NCBI GenBank assembly: GCA_041662065.1
Contig: JBAZTE010000008.1
Coordinates: 78,595-142,594, forward strand
Source of the DNA: Bacteroidales bacterium
GTDB taxonomy: Bacteria; Bacteroidota; Bacteroidia; Bacteroidales; UBA12481
Direction of reading: 5' to 3'
Length of the DNA stretch: 64,000 nt
Shown: positions 53,149 to 62,459 of the stretch, piece by piece
Layout: each line of letters begins with the position of its first letter
Numbering within the stretch: the stretch's first letter is position 1
Translations under genes and position numbers: made by a program
The notes under the pieces: generated by a model
Databases searched by the model: none
What the model was told of the DNA's origin: nothing
Seen by the model: the letters and a program-made list of their open reading frames with translations, nothing else

Positions 53149-54888
53149 ATGTATGATATTCTCGAACTCAACAACAAGTTGTTGACCGAACTCAGAGATA
53201 TAGCCAAAGAGCTGGGTATTAAGAAGGTTGAGTCGTTTAAAAAGCAGGATTTGATTTATCAGGTCCTGGATCAGCAGGCGATTCAGGCTTCGGAAAACAA
53301 AGCCAAGAAAACTGCCGTAAAAGTGAATAGGGATGAGGTTCAGGCCCCGGATACCGATGCGGTTGAGGTCCAGAAAGGCCCTCGCAAAAGAATAACCATT
53401 GAAAAGAAGGAGCCGGGCCCGTTGTTTTCCACCAGGCCTGAGAATAAGCCGGCAAAAGAGGAGGAAGAATCCGATTCAAAACCTTCGGTAACGGTAACAC
53501 CCCCCGCTCCCCCTGCCTTTATCAAACCAGTGGTGGCTCAGCAAGCTACCCCGGTCGCGAATACCCCAACAACCAACGCCGGCGCATCCTCGAACCAGGT
53601 GCCGCCCGCTCCGGCTTACAGCAGGAACTCACGAAGGGAAAAGGATCCTGAAGAGAATAAACCGGCGCCGGTAAAAGCCCGTGAAATCACGATCCGCGAA
53701 AAAGCACCAGAAGATCAGAAAGCCAAAGAAACTGAAGAAGCTAAAAAGATAGCCGAGCTCTACGATTTCGACGGGTATATCACCAGCACCGGTGTCCTGG
53801 AAATCATGCAGGAGGGCTATGGATTTCTTCGCTCGGCCGACTATAACTACCTGAACTCTCCCGATGATATCTATGTGTCCCAATCGCAGATCAAACTGTT
53901 CGCCCTTAAAACGGGGGATACGGTTACCGGATCGGTAAGGCCGCCAAAAGAGGGGGAGAAATTTTTTCCACTGATCAAAGTGATGCAAATCAACGGCCGT
54001 AATCCGGAATTTGTCCGCGACCGCGTACCTTTCGATTATCTTACCCCGCTGTTCCCGGACCAGAAATTCGATATTACCAGTCATCCCGACTGTACCGTTT
54101 CAACCCGTATCGTTGATATGTTTTGTCCGATCGGCAAAGGCCAGCGCGGACTGATCGTAGCCCAGCCTAAAACCGGGAAAACAATTCTCCTGAAAGATAT
54201 CGCAAATGCCATCGCAGCCAATCACCCTGAAGTATACCTGATGGTCCTTCTGGTGGACGAACGGCCTGAGGAAGTTACAGATATGGCCCGCGGGGTAAAC
54301 GCTGAAGTGATCTCCAGTACATTCGATGAACCGGCTGAGAAACACGTCAGGGTCGCTACGATCGTTCTTGAAAAGGCAAAAAGACTGGTGGAATGCGGAC
54401 ACGATGTCGTTATTCTGCTCGATTCCATTACAAGGCTCGCACGTGCTTATAATACCGTACAACCGGCTTCGGGAAAAGTCCTGTCGGGTGGGGTCGACGC
54501 TAATGCCCTCCACAAACCGAAACGTTTCTTCGGAGCGGCAAGGAACATCGAAAACGGCGGGAGCCTTACCATTCTGGCCACCGCACTGATCGATACCGGA
54601 TCTAAAATGGATGAGGTAATCTTTGAAGAATTCAAAGGCACCGGAAACATGGAATTGCAGCTCGACCGTAAACTGGCCAATAAACGGATCTGGCCGGCTG
54701 TGGATATCCAGGCATCGAGCACCCGTCGCGAAGACCTCCTGCACTCCAAGGATTTCCTGAATAAAATGTGGGTTCTCCGTAATTACCTGTCGGATATGAA
54801 CCCGGCCGAAGCGCTGGAATTCATGCGCGATAAAATTAACGGAACCCGTACCAACGAAGAGTTCCTAATATCGATGAACTCAGAGTAA
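53149..54888 (+). CDS. rho: transcription termination factor Rho with long low-complexity N-terminal insertion (579 aa)
   Basis: ORF track. It has the Rho_N segment [18 protein letters not shown], the Walker A motif AQPKTGKT, and [12 protein letters not shown]. Residues ~45-205 are a Pro/Ala/Glu/Lys-rich insertion. Confidence 0.95.
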   Translation: MYDILELNNKLLTELRDIAKELGIKKVESFKKQDLIYQVLDQQAIQASENKAKKTAVKVNRDEVQAPDTDAVEVQKGPRKRITIEKKEPGPLFSTRPENKPAKEEEESDSKPSVTVTPPAPPAFIKPVVAQQATPVANTPTTNAGASSNQVPPAPAYSRNSRREKDPEENKPAPVKAREITIREKAPEDQKAKETEEAKKIAELYDFDGYITSTGVLEIMQEGYGFLRSADYNYLNSPDDIYVSQSQIKLFALKTGDTVTGSVRPPKEGEKFFPLIKVMQINGRNPEFVRDRVPFDYLTPLFPDQKFDITSHPDCTVSTRIVDMFCPIGKGQRGLIVAQPKTGKTILLKDIANAIAANHPEVYLMVLLVDERPEEVTDMARGVNAEVISSTFDEPAEKHVRVATIVLEKAKRLVECGHDVVILLDSITRLARAYNTVQPASGKVLSGGVDANALHKPKRFFGAARNIENGGSLTILATALIDTGSKMDEVIFEEFKGTGNMELQLDRKLANKRIWPAVDIQASSTRREDLLHSKDFLNKMWVLRNYLSDMNPAEALEFMRDKINGTRTNEEFLISMNSE

Positions 54889-54955
54889 CCAGGCACATTC
54901 GGAGTTGTGTCATTCCCGCGGAGATGACAGGGCAACCGATGTTGCTTTCTGAAAA

Positions 54956-54977
54956 GGGAGGAGCCGTTGCTCCTCCC
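54956..54977 (+). terminator. perfect 9-bp GC-rich hairpin downstream of rho (no U-tract)
   Basis: The hairpin gggaggagc-cgtt-gctcctccc lies 68 nt after the rho stop. Without a T-run, function as an intrinsic terminator is uncertain. Confidence 0.35.
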
Positions 54978-54990
54978 CTACGGTTGCTAT

Positions 54991-55048
54991 CGATCTTTCT
55001 TTTGTCCGCCGATCTTTCTTTCGTCCCCCGATCTTCTTCTTCGCTTCA
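54991..55048. repeat. three tandem ~19-nt repeats upstream of nifJ
   Basis: The repeats are cgatctttcttttgtccgc, cgatctttctttcgtcccc and cgatcttcttcttcgcttca, followed by a cgcttca-cgcttca duplication. They lie ~100-160 nt upstream of the nifJ ATG. Confidence 0.75.
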
Positions 55049-55149
55049 CGCTTCACGAATTTTATGGTATAAATCATGAATTTTTACCTCTTTATTTCCT
55101 ACTTTTGCCCCCGATTTATGAAGGTTGTCTTTATCTAAATACTATCAAC

Positions 55150-58100
55150 ATGTCAAAAAAGAAATTTATCACCTGTGATGGTAACCAGGCAGCTTCGCAC
55201 ATAGCCTATATGTTCAGCGAAGTGGCTGCTATTTACCCGATCACTCCATCCTCAACGATGGCTGAAAACGTTGACGAATGGGCAGCTCATGGCCGGAAAA
55301 ATATTTTTGGCGAAACTGTCCGCGTCGCTGAAATGCAATCGGAAGGTGGAGCCTCAGGTGCCGTACACGGAAGTTTGCAGTCAGGTGCATTAACATCAAC
55401 CTATACCTGCTCACAGGGTCTGTTGCTGATGATCCCGAATATGTACAAGATGGCCGGAGAACTTTTGCCAGCTGTATTCCATGTAAGTGCAAGGACAGTT
55501 GCTGCTCACGCATTATCAATTTTTGGCGATCATAGCGACGTGTATGCTACCCGTCAAACCGGGTTTGCCATGCTGGCTACCGGAAGTGTACAGGAAATCA
55601 TGGACCTTGCTGCTGTGGCCCACCTTGCTGCAATCAAGTCAAGAGTTCCTTTTATGCATTTCTTCGATGGATTCCGTTCATCGGCTGAAGTTCAGAAAAT
55701 CGAAGTCCTCGACCAGGAACAGCTCGCCCCCTTACTCGATTATAAAGCTTTGCAGGAATTCAGGGATCGCGCTTTGAACCCCGAGCATCCTGTAACCAGG
55801 GGAACCGCTCAGAATCCGGATATATTCTTCCAGGCTAAGGAGGCTTCGAACCCATTCTATGATAAGGTTCCGGATATCGTTGAGGATTATATGCAGAAAG
55901 TCAGCAAACTCACCGGACGCGAATATCATCCGTTCACCTATTATGGTGCTCCGGATGCAGAAAATATCATCCTGGCGATGGCCAGTATTACTGAAACCAC
56001 CAAGGAAGTTATTGATTACCTGATTTCAAAAGGGGAAAAAGTGGGTTTGATCACATGCCACCTGTATCGTCCTTTCTCAGCTAAGTATTTCTGGAAAGTA
56101 TTCCCGAAATCGGTGAAAAGAATTGCCGTTCTCGACCGTTCCAAAGAGCCTGGCGCCCCGGGCGAACCGCTGTACCTCGATGTCAGGAACCTTTTCTACG
56201 AAGAAAAAAATTCTCCGTTGATCATCGGCGGACGTTATGGCTTAAGCTCCAAGGATACCACCCCGGCCATGGTTCTTTCGGTATTCGAAAACCTGAAAAT
56301 GACCGAGCCGAAAAACGATTTTACTTTGGGTATCGTTGATGATGTGACCTTTAAGTCGCTCCCGCTGCTTCCCGATATCGACCTGGCTCCGAAAGGAACA
56401 TTCCAGGCTAAATTTTACGGTTTGGGTGCCGATGGTACCGTCGGTGCCAACAAGAACTCGATCAAGATTATCGGCGAAAACACCGAGAAATACTGCCAGG
56501 CCTATTTTGCTTATGACAGTAAAAAATCAGGCGGTTTTACCACCTCACACCTTCGCTTCGGGGATACTCCGATCCGGTCGCCTTACCTTGTGAATTCCCC
56601 CGACTTTGTTGCCTGCCATGTTCCTTCCTATCTGGATAAATATGATATGCTGAAAGGATTGAAAAATGGCGGTAAATTCCTGTTTAACTCGATCTGGGAT
56701 ACCGAAGAAACAAAAAAGCGGCTTCCTGATCATATCAAGAAAACCCTTGCGGAGAAAAACATCCGGTTCTTTACCATCAATGCAACCGAAATCGCTGAAG
56801 AGATCGGCCTGGGCGGAAGAACCAATACGATTATGCAATCGGCTTTCTTCAAGATCGCTGATGTGATTCCTTATGATCTCGCTGTTACCCAGATGAAAGG
56901 GGCTATCAAGAAGTCGTTTGGGATGAAAGGCGAACACATCGTGAATATGAACTATGCAGCCATCGACCGTGGTACTGAATACATTGAGGTAGCGGTTCCG
57001 GCTGAATGGAAGAATATCGTTCTGAAAAAAGTCAAGGACGATCGCGACATACCGGATTTTATCAAAAACGTAGTAGAACCGATCAATGGACAGAAGGGTG
57101 ATGATTTGCCGGTCAGCGCATTTGTCGGCCGTGAAGATGGTACTTTCCCGTCGGGAACCACCCGGTTTGAAAAGCGGGGTATTGCGGTAAACGTTCCTGA
57201 ATGGCAGGTTAATACCTGTACCCAGTGTAACCAGTGCGCCTATGTTTGTCCTCACGCCTGTATTCGTCCTTTCCTGATGACTGCCGAGGAACTTGCCGGA
57301 GCTCCGGCTGGAACCACCGCAGCTAAAGGCACCGGTGGTACCAAGGAGTACCAGTTCCGCATGCAGGTCAGCGTTTTGGATTGCACCGGGTGCGGAAACT
57401 GCGCCGATGTTTGTCCATCCAAAGAGAAGTCACTTATTATGAAGCCGCTGGGAACCCAGATGGAAGAAGTCGACCGTTGGACTTATATGCATGAGAAAGT
57501 CGGGTACAAAGACACCGTTCTCGGCAAAGAAAAATCAGTGAAAAATTCACAGTTCGCCCAGCCGCTGTTTGAATTCTCAGGTGCCTGCGCAGGATGTGGT
57601 GAAACACCTTATATCAAGCTGATCACCCAACTTTATGGCGACCGGATGATCGTCTCCAATGCTACCGGGTGTTCTTCAATCTATGGGGGATCCGCTCCTT
57701 CCACTCCTTATACTACCAATAACCTTGGTAAGGGACCGGCATGGGGCAACTCCCTGTTTGAAGATAATGCCGAATATGGTTATGGAATGGCTATTGGTGT
57801 AAATAAGCTGCGTGACCGCATCGCCAAAAAGATGACAGAAACGATGGCTGCCGTCAATGAAACAACCCGCGAGGCTTTCGGCGAATGGATCGCATCAAAG
57901 GAAAATGCCGCCGCCTCCAAAGTGGCTTCTGAAAAAGTCATTGCTGCTCTTAAGAATGAAAAGCATGCCATTGCCCCTGAGATCATAGCCCTTGAGCAAT
58001 ACCTGATCAAGAAATCGGTCTGGATCTTTGGTGGCGACGGATGGGCTTATGATATCGGATACGGTGGTCTCGATCATGTTCTTGCTTCAGGTGAAGATGT

Positions 58101-58674
58101 TAATGTTCTGGTTGTTGATACCGAAGTTTACTCCAACACAGGCGGACAGTCGTCGAAGTCAACCCCGATCGCTGCCATTGCCAAATTTGCTGCCTCAGGT
58201 AAAAGGATCCGGAAAAAGGATCTTGGAATGATGGCCATGTCCTACGGATATGTTTATGTCGCACAGGTAGCTATGGGAGCAAGTCAGAACCAGTTCCTGA
58301 AAGCCCTGAAAGAAGCCGAAGCTTATCCGGGACCATCCCTGATCATTGCTTACTCACCCTGTATCAACCACGGTTTACGCGCTGGAATGGGACAGTCACA
58401 GCTCGAAGAGGAAATGGCTGTTGAGAGCGGCTATTGGGCAAACTTCCGTTATAATCCATTGATGGAGAATGAAGGGAAGAACCCGTTCGAACTCGATTCC
58501 AAAGAGCCGGATTGGACGAAATTCAAGAGCTTCCTCATGGGTGAAGTACGGTTCTCCTCGTTGAAGAAAGCATTCCCGGAAGTCGCTGAGGAACTTTACG
58601 CATCGGCTGAGAAAAATGCAAAATGGAGATACCGGAGCTATCAGAGAATGGCTAAGGCGGATTTCTCGAAATAG
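55150..58674 (+). CDS. nifJ: pyruvate:ferredoxin (flavodoxin) oxidoreductase (1174 aa)
   Basis: The ORF-track ORF begins at 54967 in repeat DNA. The conserved start is MSKKKFITCDGNQAASHIAYMFSEVAAIYPITPSS (ATG 55150). It has two ferredoxin-type motifs, CTQCNQCAYVCP and CTGCGNCADVCP, and the TPP region GGDGWAYDIGYGGLDHV. Confidence 0.95.
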   Translation: MSKKKFITCDGNQAASHIAYMFSEVAAIYPITPSSTMAENVDEWAAHGRKNIFGETVRVAEMQSEGGASGAVHGSLQSGALTSTYTCSQGLLLMIPNMYKMAGELLPAVFHVSARTVAAHALSIFGDHSDVYATRQTGFAMLATGSVQEIMDLAAVAHLAAIKSRVPFMHFFDGFRSSAEVQKIEVLDQEQLAPLLDYKALQEFRDRALNPEHPVTRGTAQNPDIFFQAKEASNPFYDKVPDIVEDYMQKVSKLTGREYHPFTYYGAPDAENIILAMASITETTKEVIDYLISKGEKVGLITCHLYRPFSAKYFWKVFPKSVKRIAVLDRSKEPGAPGEPLYLDVRNLFYEEKNSPLIIGGRYGLSSKDTTPAMVLSVFENLKMTEPKNDFTLGIVDDVTFKSLPLLPDIDLAPKGTFQAKFYGLGADGTVGANKNSIKIIGENTEKYCQAYFAYDSKKSGGFTTSHLRFGDTPIRSPYLVNSPDFVACHVPSYLDKYDMLKGLKNGGKFLFNSIWDTEETKKRLPDHIKKTLAEKNIRFFTINATEIAEEIGLGGRTNTIMQSAFFKIADVIPYDLAVTQMKGAIKKSFGMKGEHIVNMNYAAIDRGTEYIEVAVPAEWKNIVLKKVKDDRDIPDFIKNVVEPINGQKGDDLPVSAFVGREDGTFPSGTTRFEKRGIAVNVPEWQVNTCTQCNQCAYVCPHACIRPFLMTAEELAGAPAGTTAAKGTGGTKEYQFRMQVSVLDCTGCGNCADVCPSKEKSLIMKPLGTQMEEVDRWTYMHEKVGYKDTVLGKEKSVKNSQFAQPLFEFSGACAGCGETPYIKLITQLYGDRMIVSNATGCSSIYGGSAPSTPYTTNNLGKGPAWGNSLFEDNAEYGYGMAIGVNKLRDRIAKKMTETMAAVNETTREAFGEWIASKENAAASKVASEKVIAALKNEKHAIAPEIIALEQYLIKKSVWIFGGDGWAYDIGYGGLDHVLASGEDVNVLVVDTEVYSNTGGQSSKSTPIAAIAKFAASGKRIRKKDLGMMAMSYGYVYVAQVAMGASQNQFLKALKEAEAYPGPSLIIAYSPCINHGLRAGMGQSQLEEEMAVESGYWANFRYNPLMENEGKNPFELDSKEPDWTKFKSFLMGEVRFSSLKKAFPEVAEELYASAEKNAKWRYRSYQRMAKADFSK

Positions 58675-58710
58675 TCGGAATCCCCCGTATTTATTCAATT
58701 TGGGACGTAC

Positions 58711-58738
58711 GTAGAGACGGATAATTATCCGTCTCTAC
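58711..58738. repeat. REP-like perfect palindrome GTAGAGACGGAT-AATT-ATCCGTCTCTAC
   Basis: This 28-nt perfect palindrome lies 37 nt after the nifJ stop and is flanked by cgtac...acgcc. It shares the arms GTAGAGACG/CGTCTCTAC with 59058-59085. Confidence 0.8.
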
Positions 58739-58963
58739 ACGCCGTCCGATTTATGTTTCTACACGCCATTGCATATTTTTTATAAAATAAACCGGAAAAC
58801 ATTTGGTTTTGAGCAAAATAGTTTTGACATTTGGGGTGTTACAAGTAATGCGTTCTGATTTAAGATTTTCTTTTCTCTATATCTGCGCCGAAATAGGTGT
58901 AGGCCCTCAGAAAACCACGGTTTTCTGACATAATGTTATCTAAATTGAGTTATCCGGTTAAAG

Positions 58964-59000
58964 TTGCAAAAACCCCGATTTCCTCCAGGAGATCGGGGTT
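58964..59000 (-). terminator. intrinsic terminator for pckA
   Basis: The reverse strand reads aaccccgat-ctcctggaggaa-atcggggtt followed by TTTTTGC. It lies ~100 nt downstream of the pckA stop. Confidence 0.65.
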
Positions 59001-59057
59001 TAGCAATTTAATGGGGTCAACCGGACATCTTTCCACCGGGTCCCGCATAACGTACCT

Positions 59058-59085
59058 GTAGAGACGTGCCGCGGCACGTCTCTAC
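59058..59085. repeat. REP-like perfect palindrome GTAGAGACGTGCCG-CGGCACGTCTCTAC
   Basis: This 28-nt perfect palindrome lies 19 nt downstream of the pckA stop and is flanked by cgtacct...acgac. It has the same arm ends as 58711-58738. Confidence 0.8.
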
Positions 59086-59103
59086 ACGACAAATCCGGTA
59101 CGG

Positions 59104-60750
59104 TTATTTACCCGGGCATTGTTGTACCATGCTGGCCGGTAAATTATTGCTGCCGTATGCTTTGTCGAAATGATCGCTGAACTGTTTGGCAAGTTTCACT
59201 GCAGCAGCGTGATAGGCTTCATGGTAGTCCCAGGTGTTAATCGGGTTGAGGATATCCGAGGGAACACCCGGACAGCTGACGGGCACCTGCAGGTGGAATA
59301 CCGGATCCTCAGTATACTGAACCGTATCCAGCTCGCCATTCAGGGCTGCATTTACCATCCGCCGGGTCAGAGTAAGGTCAATCCTTTTCCCAACACCGTA
59401 ACCGCCTCCGCTCCATCCGGTATTGATAAGGAAAACCCTGGTCTGGAACTGTTCCATCTTTTCTCCTAGTAAGGATGCATAAATATGAGGCTTGCATGGC
59501 ATGAAAGGAGCACCGAAAAACCGGGAGAAAGCTACCTGAGGTTCGGTAACCCCGGTCTCCGTTCCGGCAAGCTTCGAAGTGTAGCCCATCATAAACCATA
59601 ACATGGCCTGTTCTTTATTCAGCCGCGAAACCGGAGGCAACACCCCATAGGCGTCGGCAGTGAGGAAAAGAATGGTCTTCGGGTGACCGGCAACAGAGGA
59701 GGGTTTGATATTTTTCAGGTAACTAAGCTGGAACGAGGCCCTGGAATTTTCCGTAAAACGGTTGTCGTAGAAATCAAAACGGCCATCAGGATAGACCATT
59801 GCATTTTCAACCATGGCTCCGTGATCAAGGTAATTGGTCTTGTGCATCACGGCGTCATAAATATCCGGCTCCTTTTTTGGGTTGATATCGATCATCTTGG
59901 CATAACAACCGAATTCAAAATTGGCGATGCCATCATCGCTCCAGCCGTGCTCGTCATCCCCAAGCAACGCCCTGGCCGGATCGGCCGACAAGGTGGTTTT
60001 TCCTGTGCCCGATAAACCGAGCAGCAGGGCTGAGTCACCTTTATCGCCTTCATTTGCTGAACAGTGTAACGGGAGGATTCCCCTCAGCGGGAGGAGGTAA
60101 TTCATTACGGTGAAAAGCATTTTCTTCATGCTGCCCATATAGGCTGAACCAATGACCATCCCGATCCGGCGGTCATAATCCATCGCAACAATCAGATCGG
60201 AGGTGCTTCCGTTCGCACACTTCCGCAATCTTCCGTCGTATTTTTTGCCGTCCAGTTTATGGTAAGGCAGCGCCAGTAAAAGAAAGCTGTCGCCAGCATA
60301 GCAGCTGGAACTGATGTCGGATGGAACCGGACGGAACATGTTATCAATAAATAAGGTATGCAATGCCCTGTAAGTCACAACCTTAACTGGTAGCGCATAT
60401 TTACTGTCGGCCCCGATAACCCGGTCTGTTTCATATAGCTGGGGTACCAAACCAAGCTGTTCGACCGCATAGGCAAATATCTCATCAAAAGTTCCCTCAT
60501 CAATCGGAAGATTGTTCGGAGCCGTCCAGTCGATGTTTTTTTCGCTGGAAGCCCTTTTAACCATGTAGGTGTCCTTGGGACTGCGACCGGTCGATTCCGG
60601 CGCGGTCCAGGTTGCCAGCGCCCCGGATTCAGTTACCAGCGCCTCCCGCAATTCGACCGACAGGCGAATCATCTCTTTTCGTGCAATATTGGATAAAACT
60701 TTTGGATGCTTTTTCAGCATCTCTGCCACCATGTTTTTTGGATCTTTCAT
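59104..60750 (-). CDS. pckA: phosphoenolpyruvate carboxykinase (ATP)
   Basis: ORF track. It has the kinase-1a P-loop GLSGTGKTTLS, along with RSPKD and DEHGW motifs. The start may lie a few codons downstream (MVAEML). Confidence 0.93.
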   Translation of the reverse strand: MKDPKNMVAEMLKKHPKVLSNIARKEMIRLSVELREALVTESGALATWTAPESTGRSPKDTYMVKRASSEKNIDWTAPNNLPIDEGTFDEIFAYAVEQLGLVPQLYETDRVIGADSKYALPVKVVTYRALHTLFIDNMFRPVPSDISSSCYAGDSFLLLALPYHKLDGKKYDGRLRKCANGSTSDLIVAMDYDRRIGMVIGSAYMGSMKKMLFTVMNYLLPLRGILPLHCSANEGDKGDSALLLGLSGTGKTTLSADPARALLGDDEHGWSDDGIANFEFGCYAKMIDINPKKEPDIYDAVMHKTNYLDHGAMVENAMVYPDGRFDFYDNRFTENSRASFQLSYLKNIKPSSVAGHPKTILFLTADAYGVLPPVSRLNKEQAMLWFMMGYTSKLAGTETGVTEPQVAFSRFFGAPFMPCKPHIYASLLGEKMEQFQTRVFLINTGWSGGGYGVGKRIDLTLTRRMVNAALNGELDTVQYTEDPVFHLQVPVSCPGVPSDILNPINTWDYHEAYHAAAVKLAKQFSDHFDKAYGSNNLPASMVQQCPGK

Positions 60751-60880
60751 AAGCCTGAGTTTAGTTGGACTATTTTCATAATAAACAAAGATAAAAATTG
60801 ATCGTTATGTTATATCGGCATATGTTGATGTATTAATCTGCCATGCATAGAATTGTTTTATATTTGCAGGCAAACAGCGG

Positions 60881-61315
60881 ATGGCAAGACTTATAGGCAT
60901 AGATTATGGCCGGAAACGGACCGGATTGGCAGTAACCGATCCGGAAAAGCGGATTGCAGGAGTGCTGGGCACCGTAGAATCCTACGAGATTTATAACTAC
61001 CTCGAAAAATATCTTCAAAAGGAAACCGTTGAAGGTTTTGTGATCGGTTTTCCACGCCAGATGAACTTTCAGCCTTCCGAATCGGCCCCGCTGGTTCAGG
61101 CTTTTGCAAAAGGATTGATGAAAAAGTTTCCCGCGATCCCGGTCTTTTGGGTCGATGAGAGGTTCACGTCCAAGATGGCCTTGCAGTCGATGATCGATGG
61201 TGGTTCATCCAAAGCCGACCGCAGGGATAAAGGGAATATTGATGCAGTGAGTGCAGCCATTATTCTGGAATCATGGTTGCAACAAAAAATTAATGAGCGA
61301 GAACGAAAATTATGA
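60881..61315 (+). CDS. ruvX: Holliday junction resolvase-like protein RuvX/YqgF
   Basis: ORF track. It contains MARLIGIDYGRKRTGLAVTD and is 144 aa long. Confidence 0.9.
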   Translation: MARLIGIDYGRKRTGLAVTDPEKRIAGVLGTVESYEIYNYLEKYLQKETVEGFVIGFPRQMNFQPSESAPLVQAFAKGLMKKFPAIPVFWVDERFTSKMALQSMIDGGSSKADRRDKGNIDAVSAAIILESWLQQKINERERKL

Positions 61316-61872
61316 TACTACCTGTTTATGCATTCGGATCCCCGGTACTTAGAAAAATAACAGTCGATATCAAGGGCGATTACCCGGGTCTGAATGAATT
61401 GATTGATAACATGTTCGAAACCATGCATGCTGCGGATGGGGTAGGGTTGGCCGCTCCGCAAGTGGGTGTCTCAATCCGGCTCTTTGTTATGGATGCCCGC
61501 GTATATGCTGAACATGAACCCTCCCTGTCAGATTTCAAAAAAGTATTCATTAATGCCCACATCATGGAGAAAGGGGGCGAGGAGGAGCTCATTGAGGAAG
61601 GCTGCCTGAGTATCCCAAATATTCATGAGGATATCCTCCGGCCCGGAAAAATCCGCATAAGGTATGTGAATGAGGATTTTACACAGGTTGATGAGTGGTA
61701 TGAAGGAATGGCGGCCCGTATTATCCAGCATGAATATGATCACCTCGATGGAATCATGTTCCCTGATTTGGTTAATCCGTTGAAAAAGACATTGCTGAAA
61801 AGCAAACTTAGAGATATCTCCAAAGGCAAGGTGACCGTAAAGTATAAAATGATTTTCCCCAATAAAAAATAA
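61312..61872 (+). CDS. def: peptide deformylase
   Basis: ORF track. It carries the motifs GVGLAAPQ, EGCLSIP and QHEYDHLDG. Confidence 0.95.
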   Translation: MILPVYAFGSPVLRKITVDIKGDYPGLNELIDNMFETMHAADGVGLAAPQVGVSIRLFVMDARVYAEHEPSLSDFKKVFINAHIMEKGGEEELIEEGCLSIPNIHEDILRPGKIRIRYVNEDFTQVDEWYEGMAARIIQHEYDHLDGIMFPDLVNPLKKTLLKSKLRDISKGKVTVKYKMIFPNKK

Positions 61873-61875
61873 ACT

Positions 61876-62403
61876 ATGCGTTTTCAACAATCAATCTTAA
61901 TTGTCCTTTCCGTAATCCTTCTTGCAGGCTGCGGCGTGAATTCGGAAAAGAAAAAGGCCATGGAAAAAATTGCCGCCTCCGAGGCAAAAATCTTTGGTGA
62001 TTCTGCGGCTACCATCCCGGATCAGAAAACCGGAATGGAAATGATCCAGGCTTATGCCGATTTTGCCAATGCATACCCAAAAGATACCCTATCAGCTGAA
62101 TATTTGTTCAAAGGGGCCGAAATTGCCATGAATATGAACCAGTCGGGCATGGCCATCGGCTATTACAACCGGATCCTCCTGAACTATCCGGCATTCAAGA
62201 AAAATGCGTACTGCGTTTTTTTGCAGGCATATATACTCGAAAACCAGATGAATCAGTATGATCAGGCTAAGGAACGTTATCAGGAATTCATTGATAAGTA
62301 TCCCGATCATGTGTTGGCAAAAGATGCCAGGGCGTCGATAGAAAACATGGGAAAACCCATCGAGGACCTCATCAAGGAGTGGGATCAGAAAAATCTGAAA
62401 TAA
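61876..62403 (+). CDS. TPR-repeat lipoprotein (175 aa)
   Basis: ORF track. It has a lipobox LLAGC and TPR-like helices (AEYLFKGAEIAMNMNQSGMAIGYYNRILLNYP). Confidence 0.65.
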   Translation: MRFQQSILIVLSVILLAGCGVNSEKKKAMEKIAASEAKIFGDSAATIPDQKTGMEMIQAYADFANAYPKDTLSAEYLFKGAEIAMNMNQSGMAIGYYNRILLNYPAFKKNAYCVFLQAYILENQMNQYDQAKERYQEFIDKYPDHVLAKDARASIENMGKPIEDLIKEWDQKNLK

Positions 62404-62426
62404 TTTTTCCACCGAGGACCAAAAAA

Positions 62427-62459
62427 AGCGTCTATTCTCAGTAATAGGCGCTTTTTTTT
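62427..62459 (+). terminator. intrinsic terminator after the TPR lipoprotein gene
   Basis: The hairpin agcgtctatt-ctcagt-aataggcgct is followed by TTTTTTTT. Confidence 0.75.

Noticed and set aside
53237-57255. Antisense ORFs inside rho and nifJ (53629-54084, 54100-54744, 56545-57255 and others)
   Set aside because: They are embedded antisense in confidently identified, highly conserved genes and have no motifs of their own.
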